NCBI RefSeq assembly: GCF_006345805.1
Contig: NC_043005.1
Span: 32,674,001-32,738,000, forward strand
DNA from: Octopus sinensis
Taxonomy: Eukaryota
Direction: 5' to 3'
DNA length: 64,000 nt
Shown here: positions 36,901-48,862 of the stretch, piece after piece
Layout of the letters: each line of letters starts with the position of its first letter
Numbering within the stretch: the stretch's first letter is position 1
Translations under genes and position numbers: made by a program
The notes under the pieces: generated by a model
What the model was told of the DNA's origin: nothing
What the model saw: only the letters and a program-made list of their open reading frames with translations
Databases searched by the model: none

Positions 36901-37954
36901 GCCTGAGGAACTATAATAGGTAACGTATGTGGACATTATGTGGACAAAATGCCTCTGGTATTTCTTCCAGGTTCTCACATTTTGAGTTCAAATCCAGCTG
37001 AAGTTGATTGTATCAACCCCTTCTACATGTCTATTTTAACAACCCTCTTTGAATGGAAGGCAAAATAAACCTTGGTGCGATTTGAACTCTGAATGTAAAG
37101 ATTTGGAAAAAATAAATGTTAATGATTCTGCCAACCCACCAAAATATGAAATAATAATAAAAAAAAACTATTTTTCTTATTCTTTTAAACTCATGTGTGT
37201 GTACGCACGCGCGCACACACACACACACACACACGTGCACACAGTTTTTATGTTATATGAGATTTCAAATCCATATTGAAATCTTCATACTGATCTTTTC
37301 AGTCTAAGTTGATTGTAACAGACCACATCCTCTGATGTATTTTACTGTCTCCACAATTCAGGGTTGTGTGTGTGTGTGTGTGTGTGTACCTTTATTTCCC
37401 CCTGACAGTATTTTCTCTTTCATATTTTCTTATTCTTTTTACTCCTTTTTTCTCCTTGATTAAAGAGTGAAACCACAAAAATTGACTTTTAGCTGCTTTA
37501 TCTTATTCCACTTTCTTTGTCCTTTCTTCTGTTTTGTTGTTGTTGTTAGTAGTAGTAATAGTAGTAGTAGTAATTTGTGTGTATATTTGATTTATTGTTC
37601 CCAGGTTTTGGTTTCTCAGCTTGATGCTGAAATGGTGCTAATGGCCCACTTCCTTATTATTCTCTCTCTCTCTCTCTATTGCTTCATATATTTCTACTCC
37701 ATGTAGGAGGCAATGATTCTTATTTTGTTAGATTAATTAGAACCTTCAATAAGTTTCCTGGTTAATTAGAATTAAACGAGGTGTCAGTGAGTGTGGTAGA
37801 AATGATGATGATTGTTTATATAGGAGCATATATATGTAAATTGTTTGGCCTTCAATTTTAGTTGGAATTTATGTAATTTGAAATGTAATTAATGTCCTTG
37901 TCATAAAGACTAATATTTCGTTAGGTAATATATGGCGGGGAGGAGGGTGGGAAG

Positions 37955-38176
37955 CCAGCAGAATCGTTAGCTTGCTGGGGGAAATGGCTAGTGGTATTTC
38001 ATCTGCCATTACGTTTTGAGATCAAATTCCGCTCTAGTTGACTTCACCTTTCACTCTTTTGGGTCGATTAAATAAGTACCAGTTACGCACTGCGGTTGAT
38101 GTTATTGACTTAATCCCTTTGTCTGTCCTTGTTTGTCCTCTATATGTTTAGCCTCCTGTGGGCAATAAAGAAATAA
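37955..38176 (+). mobile_element. SINE family B variant
   Basis: gcagaatcgttagc..gaaatggctagtggtatttc..gggtcgattaaataagtaccag. Confidence 0.85.
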
Positions 38177-38984
38177 ATAATTGGTGGCGGAATGCTCACA
38201 AGTAAAACAGTAATGAAGCCCATATAAAGCTGGTAATTGTCCCATAACCCCAGGTCAACAGTAAAATGTAGGTCCCTTTTCAAACTATTCATTACTTATT
38301 TTAGTAATAAGTGTTAAATATGTATGACTCATATTAGGATTATGGGTTTGTACTTGTACTTGATGCTCCACACTTACAAGGAAACACACTAAAAGAGTTA
38401 GAGTGAGTTAGAAAGAAAAGTAATTCATTTTCAAAGTGCTCTTCCTTTGCTTCCAAAAAGTAGAGTGGCTTCTTTTAAATTGTAGGCTCATACCAACTGC
38501 CCCTGCCCCCAACTTGCTTGTCATTTAGTTCTAGTCTGAGGGCATATATGTCTGTCTATATAAAAATAATTAAATTTGTCTGTATGTTTTGTAATGGAAG
38601 TGACACAATTTGTGAATTTACAATCACATCATAAATGGATTTGATGTTCCTTCCTGCACTACAGTGAAACTTTTTTTACCCCTTGCACATACACACATTC
38701 AATTATTTCATTTTCAATATTTTGTTTCATCATTTTGTGTGTGCATGTTATTTCAAAAATGTTTGACTTCATTTCCCATTGTCTGAAGTAGAATGTTGAC
38801 TAGCAACATTATGAAATCTTTGGTTTTTCATTACTCAGTTAATCGGCTTACTTAGGTAGTCTAGTTGCTAAGTCTAGAGATTGTTTTCATACACAAAGAC
38901 TTGTCATCTAATGGTAGATTAAAAAGATTTTAAAGATAACCCTTTTAGAATGTGTGTGTTCTGTCTTGAACCTTAGGACTCACC

Positions 38985-39208
38985 AGGCCAATTACCTGGC
39001 GTCCAGGGCATGTGATTGACTGAGTGCACAATTTTCCCTTTGAAGAGAATGCTGGTCCATTGCAGGGTTACTCCTTTACTGCTGAATGGACTTAAGCAAT
39101 ATGAAATGAAGTGTTTTGTTCAACAACTCAATGCCATGTGTGGCCCAAGAATTGAAACCATGATATTGTGATCATGAGTACAGCACTCTAACTGCTATGC
39201 CACATCCT
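38985..39208 (-). mobile_element. SINE family C, degenerate
   Basis: gctgaatggac..agcaatatgaaatgaagtgttttgttcaa..aattgaaacc..cactctaac. Confidence 0.55.
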
Positions 39209-39335
39209 TTCAGAATATTTTTTTTTTTATTTTATTACTTTACAAAGTTGTTTTTAAATTAAAATAATCTATTGTTTCTCATCTGTACCTACTAAGACTT
39301 TTCTAGAAACTTTTAAAATAATATCAGTATTATAC

Positions 39336-39371
<36 letters not shown>

Positions 39372-39930
39372 TAAGCTTCCATATAATTTCCATTTACCAG
39401 TTTTACTCAGAAAGTATTGGTTGACCCAAACCATCATAAAAAGATATTTGCCCAAGGTGCCAAACAATGGATAGAACCCAAATGTATTTCTTGATCATTG
39501 ACAGTTTTCTCCAGTTGGAAACTTCGATATCAACGAACAGGTTGTCTATATAGGATGGAATATTCTCATAATTAATAACACAAAATAATAATGTGTGTGA
39601 ATATGGTGCATTTCAGGTGAGTGGACATAACTGCGCAGAGAGAAAGAAAGATTTAGTGATGTCACACTGATGGGAAATAATAATAGTGACTCACTCAAAT
39701 TTAACATTGAATATTCGATATCTGGGAAGGAGATTATTATAATTCTGTTAAACATAGCATTTGGTGGAAGAAGACATTGTAGATGTTAGGGATTAAAATA
39801 AAATGATCAGTTACTTATTTCGTGTTTAGAATTAAGTCCATATGTAATATAAATCATGGTAATTAATTTTATGGAAGAAATTAGAAGTGATATAACGATG
39901 TTTGTTCCTGGTAGATTTGGAGTGTTTGCA

Positions 39931-40151
39931 TAACACTTTAGCATTTAAACCAGCCTTATTCAGCCCAAATATTCTTCCTGTTTTATGTTCAAACTGACTA
40001 GATCTGGCTTCTCACATTTACCCTTCAATGTCATTCTAAAAGTAAGCAATTACATCATCAAAATCTCACAGCTATGAGACAATCTATGATTAATACAAAA
40101 CAAAGTGTACAAATAAGAATTACATGAGTAATCTGAATGCTAAAGAATTAA
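39931..40151. mobile_element. MITE with short TIRs (TTAA-type)
   Basis: taacactttagcatt ... aatgctaaagaatta inverted termini. Confidence 0.65.
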
Positions 40152-40783
40152 ATATACAGTTGAAGGCAGTTTCTAAAGTTACTTGTGGGACTGAACTCCA
40201 TTAAAAATAATTATTAATGTACCTTGAAAATGAAATGCACATATTCTAATGTCAACACACACATGTACACTGGTCCATTCATAATGGCACACATACTTTG
40301 AGATAAATGTAACCATATGTGCATAGTATCATTTTTACCATTCCAGAAAGCTGTCCCTATAACATCCAAAACCATTTCTTTGAAGTAACTAAAAGTCTTG
40401 GTAAAATATTGATTTCTTCAATTTTTTTAAAATTTATTTAATGGAAATTATAATTAGTTTCATTAACTTAGAATATTGTTTACACTTTTTGTTTTAATTA
40501 ACCTGAGGGGCAGTGGTCATAACTTTTGCATGCTCCCTTCAAAGCTGAGTTTTTTGTAAGAATATGACTTATTCTACAAATGATGCACTAACATGGCCAC
40601 AACTACTGGGTGAAACAGGTGAAGATTAAACCTTAAAAGGACATAAAATGTTTGACTTAATTTTTGATGACTTTTGAAAAAAAAATGTTTTTTGATGATG
40701 TTTTGGCTTTTTTGTACTTTTGCAAGTACTTTTATTTTGATAGTTTTTACTTATGTTTTTCTCTTGTTTTTGTGTACTTGCAG

Positions 40784-41053
40784 AATCTAGCAGCTCATCA
40801 AACTGGACCCCCCTCTATGGGGGAGCACGGTTAGACCAGGATACCATCCAGTACTTCCATAAATTCTACTGTAAAGATTGCCGTATGGAGAAACAAGCTG
40901 CTGAGCGTGCCAAAGCATCGTCAGTAGTGGGGGGAGAGAATGCACTTGGTGGGACATCACCAACAGCAGGATACACCAGTCAACAACCATCAAGTCCACA
41001 AAATTCTCTGGACGAACTCTCACTACAACAAGCCATGGATAAAAATAAAGAAT
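40784..41053 (+). CDS. Mrtf: MRTF coding exon 2 (N-terminal extension to MDKNKE)
   Basis: Long polypyrimidine tract + TTGCAG acceptor, AAT|GTAAGT donor, 270 nt, phase 1-1, open frame ending SLQQAMDKNKE as in invertebrate MRTFs. Confidence 0.9.
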
Positions 41054-41410
41054 GTAAGTAAATGCCGGAGCAAAAGTGGTTCTATTTGATTGTGGAAAGT
41101 AAATGTTTATTGTTGTTTCCTTTTTAACTCTTTGAATTCCAGAGCCTCTTCCATTATAGGTACTAAAAAAAGGGGGATTTATCTTCATCCATTACATTAA
41201 CATTGTTATTCAGTGGATGAGAGATAATCTCTCATCTACTGAATTCAAATTGACTTTCTGCTGTCTTACATGAAATATATGTCACCTTTGTTTAATGAAA
41301 ATTAACAATTTCAAGGGTATATTTATATATAGCCATAGAAATATTGCAAAAAGTTAGAGCAGCCCCTGACAAGTGCTCAGATAGCTTGGTTATATGTCTA
41401 TATATATACT

Positions 41411-41710
41411 GTACAATAACTGTATATAATCTATATCATAATGATATTTATTCTCCGATTTTGAAGCGACAATATTATTTGTGTAGTATTAAGACAGTTT
41501 AAGTATATATTAACTAAATTTGACTGAAATTGATGGGTGAGCGTTTGGCCAATCAGATTCGCAAGGAGCCATGAAAGCATCGATTTGTGGGTTCGATTCA
41601 GTCTGAGGTTAGCTCATCATTTTTTGGTCATTTGTTTATATTTAAAAATTGTCGCTTCAAAATCGGAGAATAAATATCACTATGATATATATTATATACA
41701 GTTATTGTAC
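41411..41710. mobile_element. MITE/foldback element with ~63-bp terminal inverted repeats
   Basis: gtacaataactgtatataat..gatatttattctccgattttgaagcgacaat mirrored at 41648-41710. Confidence 0.8.
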
Positions 41711-41820
41711 AATTATTATTCTATGAGCCTTCCATAGTAGCTTTCTCTCTGTAACTCGCAAAGCCTTTTGGGTTTGTTTATAAAAGTATTATTTATATAG
41801 TTGTATATATACATATATAT

Positions 41821-42114
41821 CACATCACCATCACATGACCGACCAGTCCATCAGATGTAGTTACACATCGCTGGTCACAATGCGTTTGCATTGTTTTAGC
41901 CTTCGAAAGATGCCACCCCGCTGGCTAAGCGAGCAGGCCAACAGAAGAAAGAGTGGTGAAAGAGTACAGCAGGGATCACCACCCCCTGCCGGAGCCTTGT
42001 GGAGCTTTTTAGGTGTTTTCGCTCAATAAACACTCACAACGCCCGGTCTGGGAATCGAAACCACGATCCTACGACCGCGAGTCCGCTGCCCTAACCACTA
42101 GGCCATTGCGCCTC

Positions 42115-42115
<1 letters not shown>
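41821..42115 (-). mobile_element. Young tRNA-derived SINE family D
   Basis: Minus head ggaggcgcaatggcctagtggttagggcagcggactcgcgg..ggtttcgattcccagaccgggcg with A and B boxes; CpGs intact; (gtgat)n tail. Confidence 0.85.
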
Positions 42116-42170
<55 letters not shown>

Positions 42171-44277
42171 AGCACACACATACACTTGACGTCTGAAAAT
42201 GACAGTATGAGTTTCCATTGAAGGAAAATATAGGGTATAGGGTCCAGTTAAACAAAATAATGGATCACATACAAACCGATAAAAAATGAAGTCCCTCTTC
42301 TCTGTCAAAGAAAAAGGCAGTGACTTAAGTTAGGCTACATATGTTGGTTTGAGTCTCAGATGTCTACAGCCTCAGCTCTACATGTTTATCCTGTCCCTGA
42401 CATCATTTTCCTTGAGCCAGATACTTAGATCTGTTTCCTGAACTTTAGTTAAACCTTTTTTTTTAAAGGTTCTTTATTATATATAGATTAGCAAAGACAT
42501 CTCTAAGTACAATTTCATAAATTGTATTAGTTTATAGAGAAAAGGAGATGAGATTGAATCATGTCTATATTTCTGTCTCAGTGATATTGCTGAATCAGTG
42601 AATTAGTTGTAACTGGGCATCAAGTTTGCCTTGTTAATTTGGTTTGCCAGGAGCTGATGGTAGTAGCAGCAGCATTAGTAATTTATTACGTAAGCTCAGT
42701 TCACATTTTTAGGTGAGAGAAAGAAAGGAATATTGGAACAGATGTAATAGTTTTACTATTTCTAAGTGAAATGGTTTTAAGTTGAAGGTGAAGTCAGGTG
42801 AGAGTTATTGCGAAGTTAGGATAACCATTAAAATAATAATATTCAACTCTAGCAGCAATATAAGGAATAGAAATATTGCTGTATTACTGAAGATAGTTTA
42901 AAGTGTGTAGTGGGAAGAATTAAACTTCCAAAGTAAGTATAATTTTTCTCTTTATTTTCTATTGAATTTCACTGATTCCTATAAATTTGTACAATTTATT
43001 TTCTGCTTTTTTAATTTTAATATTGACTCACAAAGGCAGATTTATATTAATACAGATATATTAATAAAGCAATCACTTGACATGTTTCATTACTTATAAC
43101 TCTAATCTACAAGTATTTAAAAGTTAGGAAGAAAGGGGGAGGGTTTTTTTTTGGCATCATGCAAAATTTTTAAAAAGTATTCTTTCAATAGTTTTTTTTT
43201 CTTTCTTTTTTGTTTTGTTATTTATAATTCAGTTCTCAGTTACCATTTTTAGTTTCTGCTAGAAATCTCACTCACTTTCTTCTGTCTTGTGGATAGGACT
43301 TGCATCATGAAATATGGCATTGTCAGAATTTAGTTGTTGCATGTTTGCAGTTTGGTTTAAAATAAAATTATAAAGGACCAGTATAACCAGTTAGTATTTT
43401 TGACTGCTGTAGTCTGGCTGTGGTAAATTTTGTTATATCTCTCTATTAACAGCTCACTTCTCTTCCATCCATCCTCTCTCTTGAAATATTCTTTGGCAGG
43501 TTATGAACAAACAACTGAATTCCTCGTTATCCCTAACTTGTCTTACTGCATTAGCATTTCACATTGCATATATTTTGCATCTAACAATTTGGCTGGCTAT
43601 GCTTACTGCCCCGCCCCACCCTCTTTCTGTAGACCAGAAATAGCAACAAATATGAACATTTGGAATTATTCTCTTATTTTTCTTTTTTCTCCTTTCAATT
43701 ATTATTATTATTATTATTGCTATTTATAGCATTAGGGGAGTGGGGATGATGTAGATAGATTAAAGCTGGACTAAAACCATTTTGGTTAACAAGTCTGGTG
43801 CCTCATCTTTCTGCATCATCCCTTCAGTGTCAAAAATTTTTTATTTAGAATCACTTTAATCAGCAAATGCCTTGTGTGTGTGTGTGTGTGTATGTTTATA
43901 TATAGTGTGTATTTTGTGTGTATTTGTATATATATATATGTGTATTTGTATATATGTATATGCATATATATCTATCTATCTCTCTATCTATAATGTGATA
44001 GAAAATTCAACCAAAAAAGTACTCCATCAGATGAGAAATAAATATTATATATACATGTTTGTGTGTGTCTGTATGGTTGATTTGCTGCAACCTCTAGTCT
44101 TTCCAGATTCTCTTTTAGACAATTTACTCAAAAAAACCAAATGCACCATTTACTGTAGGTATGAATGTAAATTTACAATCTGGATATAAATGTTGAGGGT
44201 TTTGAAGCAGTTGTCTATAGTTATTGTCTTCCTCAGTAATTGTGTGCATTCATGTCTTTGCAAACATATGTGTGCGT

Positions 44278-44310
<33 letters not shown>

Positions 44311-45377
44311 AAAAACACATATTGAATAGAGGGAATGAATACTGAACATTGCATTCTCTCTCTGTGACTTTACCATGCTACCATTGGTTTCATGTAATAC
44401 ATTACTATTATCAACTGTTTCACTTGAAAATGTTTGTAATTCATCTCCACTTTGGATAAAGCTATGAAGCCTTATCCAAGCTAGAGATGAATTATCTACG
44501 TTTTTTAAATGGAATAAGTAAATAAATAAATATATAAATTGCGTATGTATTTAAATATAGGTATATACATATTGTATTTAAAGAAAATATGTACTTTTGC
44601 TGTATTTTGTCAACCTGATAGCTAAATGTTTATATTCCCAAATCTTTAATGTTAATATAGTATGTGATAGATAAATCTAGCTGAAAATCTTAATCAATCA
44701 CCATTGTTAATGCTTTTTCTATCTAACAGACACAAAGTTTCTTGCCCTTTCAACTCCTGTTTTAGCTTTATGTATTTAATAGAGGCATCTGTGTGGGTTA
44801 GTAGAAATGATGTAGATCACGGAACATCAGAGTGTTTAAAGACAGTTGTCTTGGTTCTGTGTTCAAATCACATATTTCTTGAAGTAACCTCTCTCTGATC
44901 TCTCAGCCTGCTAAAAATAACAGTAAAATCACTTTTGAATCAGTACTTACTGTCTTAAATGAACATATTGGCTTATGTAGTCCAAACTACACTGTCTAGA
45001 AAAACGGAAAAGACAGGATAGTCACAGTGGGAATAATCTTAAATTTGCTTAATCAGCCAACTTGGGGGCTAAATAACAACTTCATCTCTCATTCATCTGG
45101 AGTCAATATAAAATGAGATTCAATTGATTGTATCTCTCATGCTCAAAAATTGGCCATGTATCTATCTAGTTAGTAGATTTCATTAATTATATTTTCCATC
45201 TTTTTTTTTTTTTTGGCAAGGAATTAGGAGTAAAGTTAAATTCTACCATTTATCATTCAAAAAGTTGTTCCTTGTTAACAAAATCAGTCCAACTCAGATG
45301 GTCTCCATCTTTGATTACTAGCAACAGTGGTTCTTCTTTTTTTTTTTTTCAAAATACCTTCCCTGTTTTTGTTCCAG

Positions 45378-45491
45378 GTGGTCTCTTGTCAAATCAGTTT
45401 AATGGGGCACTGTTGCACAATGAAGAGATGCCAGACTCACAAATGACTTTACTCCAAACTGCCCCAGCAACTAGGTTTGATGCCACAACAG
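45378..45491 (+). CDS. Candidate MRTF alternative exon (114 nt cassette, or terminal exon to stop 45532)
   Basis: ccctgtttttgttccAG acceptor, CAG|GTGAAC donor, phase 1-1, open in the MRTF frame. Confidence 0.45.
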
Positions 45492-46281
45492 GTGAACTTT
45501 TCATTGCCCCTACCCATCAACCAACATTCTGAGAATGCCTCTCTCTTATAGACTCCTCCATTAACTTTCATTTCTTCTGCCTCTTGTCCAAACAACTTAA
45601 CCAGGTCCACTCACTCGCTGCGCTGATGAGATGGGGATGACGGGAGGAAAACTACTGAATAACATTACAGTGAAACAATTGACATTATTATTGCTATCTA
45701 AATATATTATTATTATTATTATTAGTAGTAGTAGTAGTACTGTTTGCATTATTAATATTTAGAATTCTGGATTACTGAAACTTTTATCTACTTAAAAGCA
45801 AAGAGTTTATTAATAAAGCTATTAACCAACTCAAGTGGATTTCCAAATTGTCTAAGTTGGCATAGGTTTGTTCCAGTTCTAAGAAAAGCTTTTAGTTTAA
45901 TGTAGATACCCACCCCACCTCTACACCCATCGTATTTGGCTTCATTTCAATAAATTTGGGAGTTAAAAATTAGAGAAAAGAAAGTCAATTCTAAAATTAT
46001 GTTTTGGAATGTGATATTGTAAATTACTTTGAGAACTATAATTATTTAGTTTGCAGACTTTAGTGAAGGTTGATATTGTCTGGGAAGTAGGGTGAAGATG
46101 GAATGGCAGAATTAAGAGGAGACCATAGTAGAGTCATACATAATTTTAATGCAAACATTTTAATATTTAAAAAAAATGTTTTGTATATCTTTTGATGGAA
46201 GTGTTTCATCATAGATGGCCATCATAGCATGAAATGACCAGAAAACATACATAGTATAATAGTAGTAATGTTAGGCAATAC

Positions 46282-46312
<31 letters not shown>

Positions 46313-48823
46313 TGGAAGGAAAGACTTTGGCTTAGAACTAAGAAAAGACTTCCGTTAATAGTTACACAACTTCAGTATCTAGGTAAGATGGACACAACCT
46401 TGATGTAGAAGTGTGTCTTTGTGTATGGAAGAGAGAGAGAGAGAAGTATGGTTTGATATTTGTTTAAAATACTAGGCTATTTTCTGGTGAATACTGGAGT
46501 ATCAGTGGACTAGGTAGAAGGTGGCCAATTCCTTGTGGTCTTTAGTTAACAACAGCTGCTAAACTAATTGTATTGTCAAGAACATTGTGAATTTATTAAA
46601 GTTGTGGAAGAGGAATTATCTAATGAGAGATGTGTGAGAATTGACTGCTGGCAATAAACTAGTGTATACTGTGAGAAAACAAATTGAGTTAGCTGCAGCA
46701 GCATTAGAGAGTGAGCTAGAAGGGTATCTGGAGAAAGACAAAATGGGTTGTCAAGAAAAAATGTTATGATGAGGTTATAGATCTAATAAGGTTTTACACT
46801 GTTCCCTAGAATTCAGATTTGTGAATCTTTTTAACAAATAGGCAAAAAACAAAATAAAATATGAATCAAAGCAAATTCTTCAACTTCTGGAGAACCTGTT
46901 CTGATGATACTCAGTCTTCAGGCCTAAAGATTTTGATAGACCACCAGCATTAAAAGAGTCCAACCTAAGTCTGGCATTTATATAAGTCATTATTACAAAT
47001 ATTCACTGTGTCAGAAAGTACATGAGAGTTGTAGATGTATACAAGGGAACTGACAACTCTTACGTATTCTTGTATCAGTCAGGATAATGATGCAGTTGGG
47101 AGAAAAGTCCGTTAGGTGGGGATCCAATAGTTGGTACCCACAGCTGTGTTTAGACCCAAGAAAATCTTTGGCATTAATCTCTCCTTTGAACTAAACACAA
47201 ATATGTATTTACTCTGTTAAAACCAACTTCAGCAAATATAGTCTTACTTCAAAAACAAACTGGCTTTAAATCTGTGTAAAAGAATTGTAAATTATTTACA
47301 TCTATAAAGGGAACAGGGAACTTCGGGGAGGGGGGACACACAGAAAAGTGAATAGTAAGGAACTTACATTTCTGAGTTTAAATTTGACCAGGATTGATGA
47401 ATGTCAACAAGATTTTTAGGTGGTATCTGTACTTGGGGGCAGGAAAATCACATGGCTATAACATTAGTGCTGATGTGTATAGGACTATCTATTAAAGGGC
47501 AGTGGAATAGGCTGAGACATAATTTGATTTTTTTTCTTTAGAGTCTAATAATTCTGTGAATGTGAAGTAACCACGTGGCTAAGCCCACACCATTCTGGTT
47601 CGTGTCTGGCCAGAGTTGACTTTCTATTTATCATTTTAGGACTGATAGAATATATATCATAATGGTAGATTGTAATGGCTATATTCACACAGCTCTGACA
47701 AGATTAATTAGCTTACTATTGCTGCTGCTACTGCTGCTACTACTACTACTAATACTAATACTATTACTGTTTTTAATTGTTACTGTCATCATTTATTCAT
47801 TTAACTATATAGGGACCTGTGGCAGATGTTGCTTTTTTATTCCAACTCCAAACTAATAATGATCAGATATGTTGTGGTGTCTAACCTCTAAGCTTTCTTT
47901 TTCACTCTCTGTCTCTTTCTTTTTTTTTTTTTTCTCAAATATTTTAAGCATCTCCTCATGCCAGTATATACGTTTATAATATATACATTATATGGAGATA
48001 TAATGGACATATAATATAACTCTTTGCTTCTTATAAAAAGCCACACATCTACACCTTTACTAGTAGCTGCTTATTTTCCTTTTGAAGCTTTTTCTTTTTA
48101 TTTAAATTTTTTTTTTCCTTACCTTTACTCAAAGCTGTTCCTTTTAATCTGAATTAAAGGGATTTTTTTCATTGTTGCTTAACTCTATTTCCCTTCTGTT
48201 ATCTTTGCTTTACAGTTCTTGACTTTTTCTCTCTTGCTTTTCCTCTTCTTTGGTGACTTCTAAGCAACTGACTCCTTTCTATTTTTTTTACTGGGTTATA
48301 TTGTTTTTTTTCTTCCCTATTTTCTTTTTGTTTTCTAGTTTTTACTTTTCTTTGTTTTGTATTTTGCTTATTAATGTTTACTTTTTTTCCTTTATCTATT
48401 TTTACTTAATTCTGTTATTTTATGTTTATTTTATCTGTGTGGGGATTTGGGTATTAAGGTAGGGGGTGAGGGTTGGTTACTTCTAGCCTGGAAGACACTT
48501 TATTTATTTACACCTGGGACATTTGGGTATATGTTACAGCTGAGAGATACACCTGTGTAAAATTAATGGGTGAAGGGCATAACTGGAATATGGGGTACAG
48601 CTGGAGTTATAAGCATTGCTTATGTAATGTACAGTTAATGAAGATATCACCCTTATATAAGTTACACCTTGGGTAGTACACACACACACTTGTGGGCAGT
48701 TTTCTTTCAATATCTTGCCAGTATTTCTTCTTTTATTAATCCTTAATGAGTGAACTATCTACTCTCACATATGTATGTATTTACAGCTGGATGGGGACAG
48801 ACACGTACACATGCGCGTGTGCG

Positions 48824-48862
<39 letters not shown>

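Noticed and set aside
40784-41053. Rolling-circle ORF from a 270-nt circular exon 2
   Set aside because: The back-splice junction creates T|AA, a stop codon, and there is no evidence of circularisation.
41990-42115. tRNA gene on the minus strand
   Set aside because: It is the head of a SINE with body and tail attached, not a complete cloverleaf gene.
42700-42718. Recursive splice site-like ttttttAG|GTGAGA
   Set aside because: Short pyrimidine tract; such matches are expected by chance without saw-tooth RNA-seq evidence.
45620-45660. CTGATGA...GAAA hammerhead-like spacing
   Set aside because: No complementary stems.
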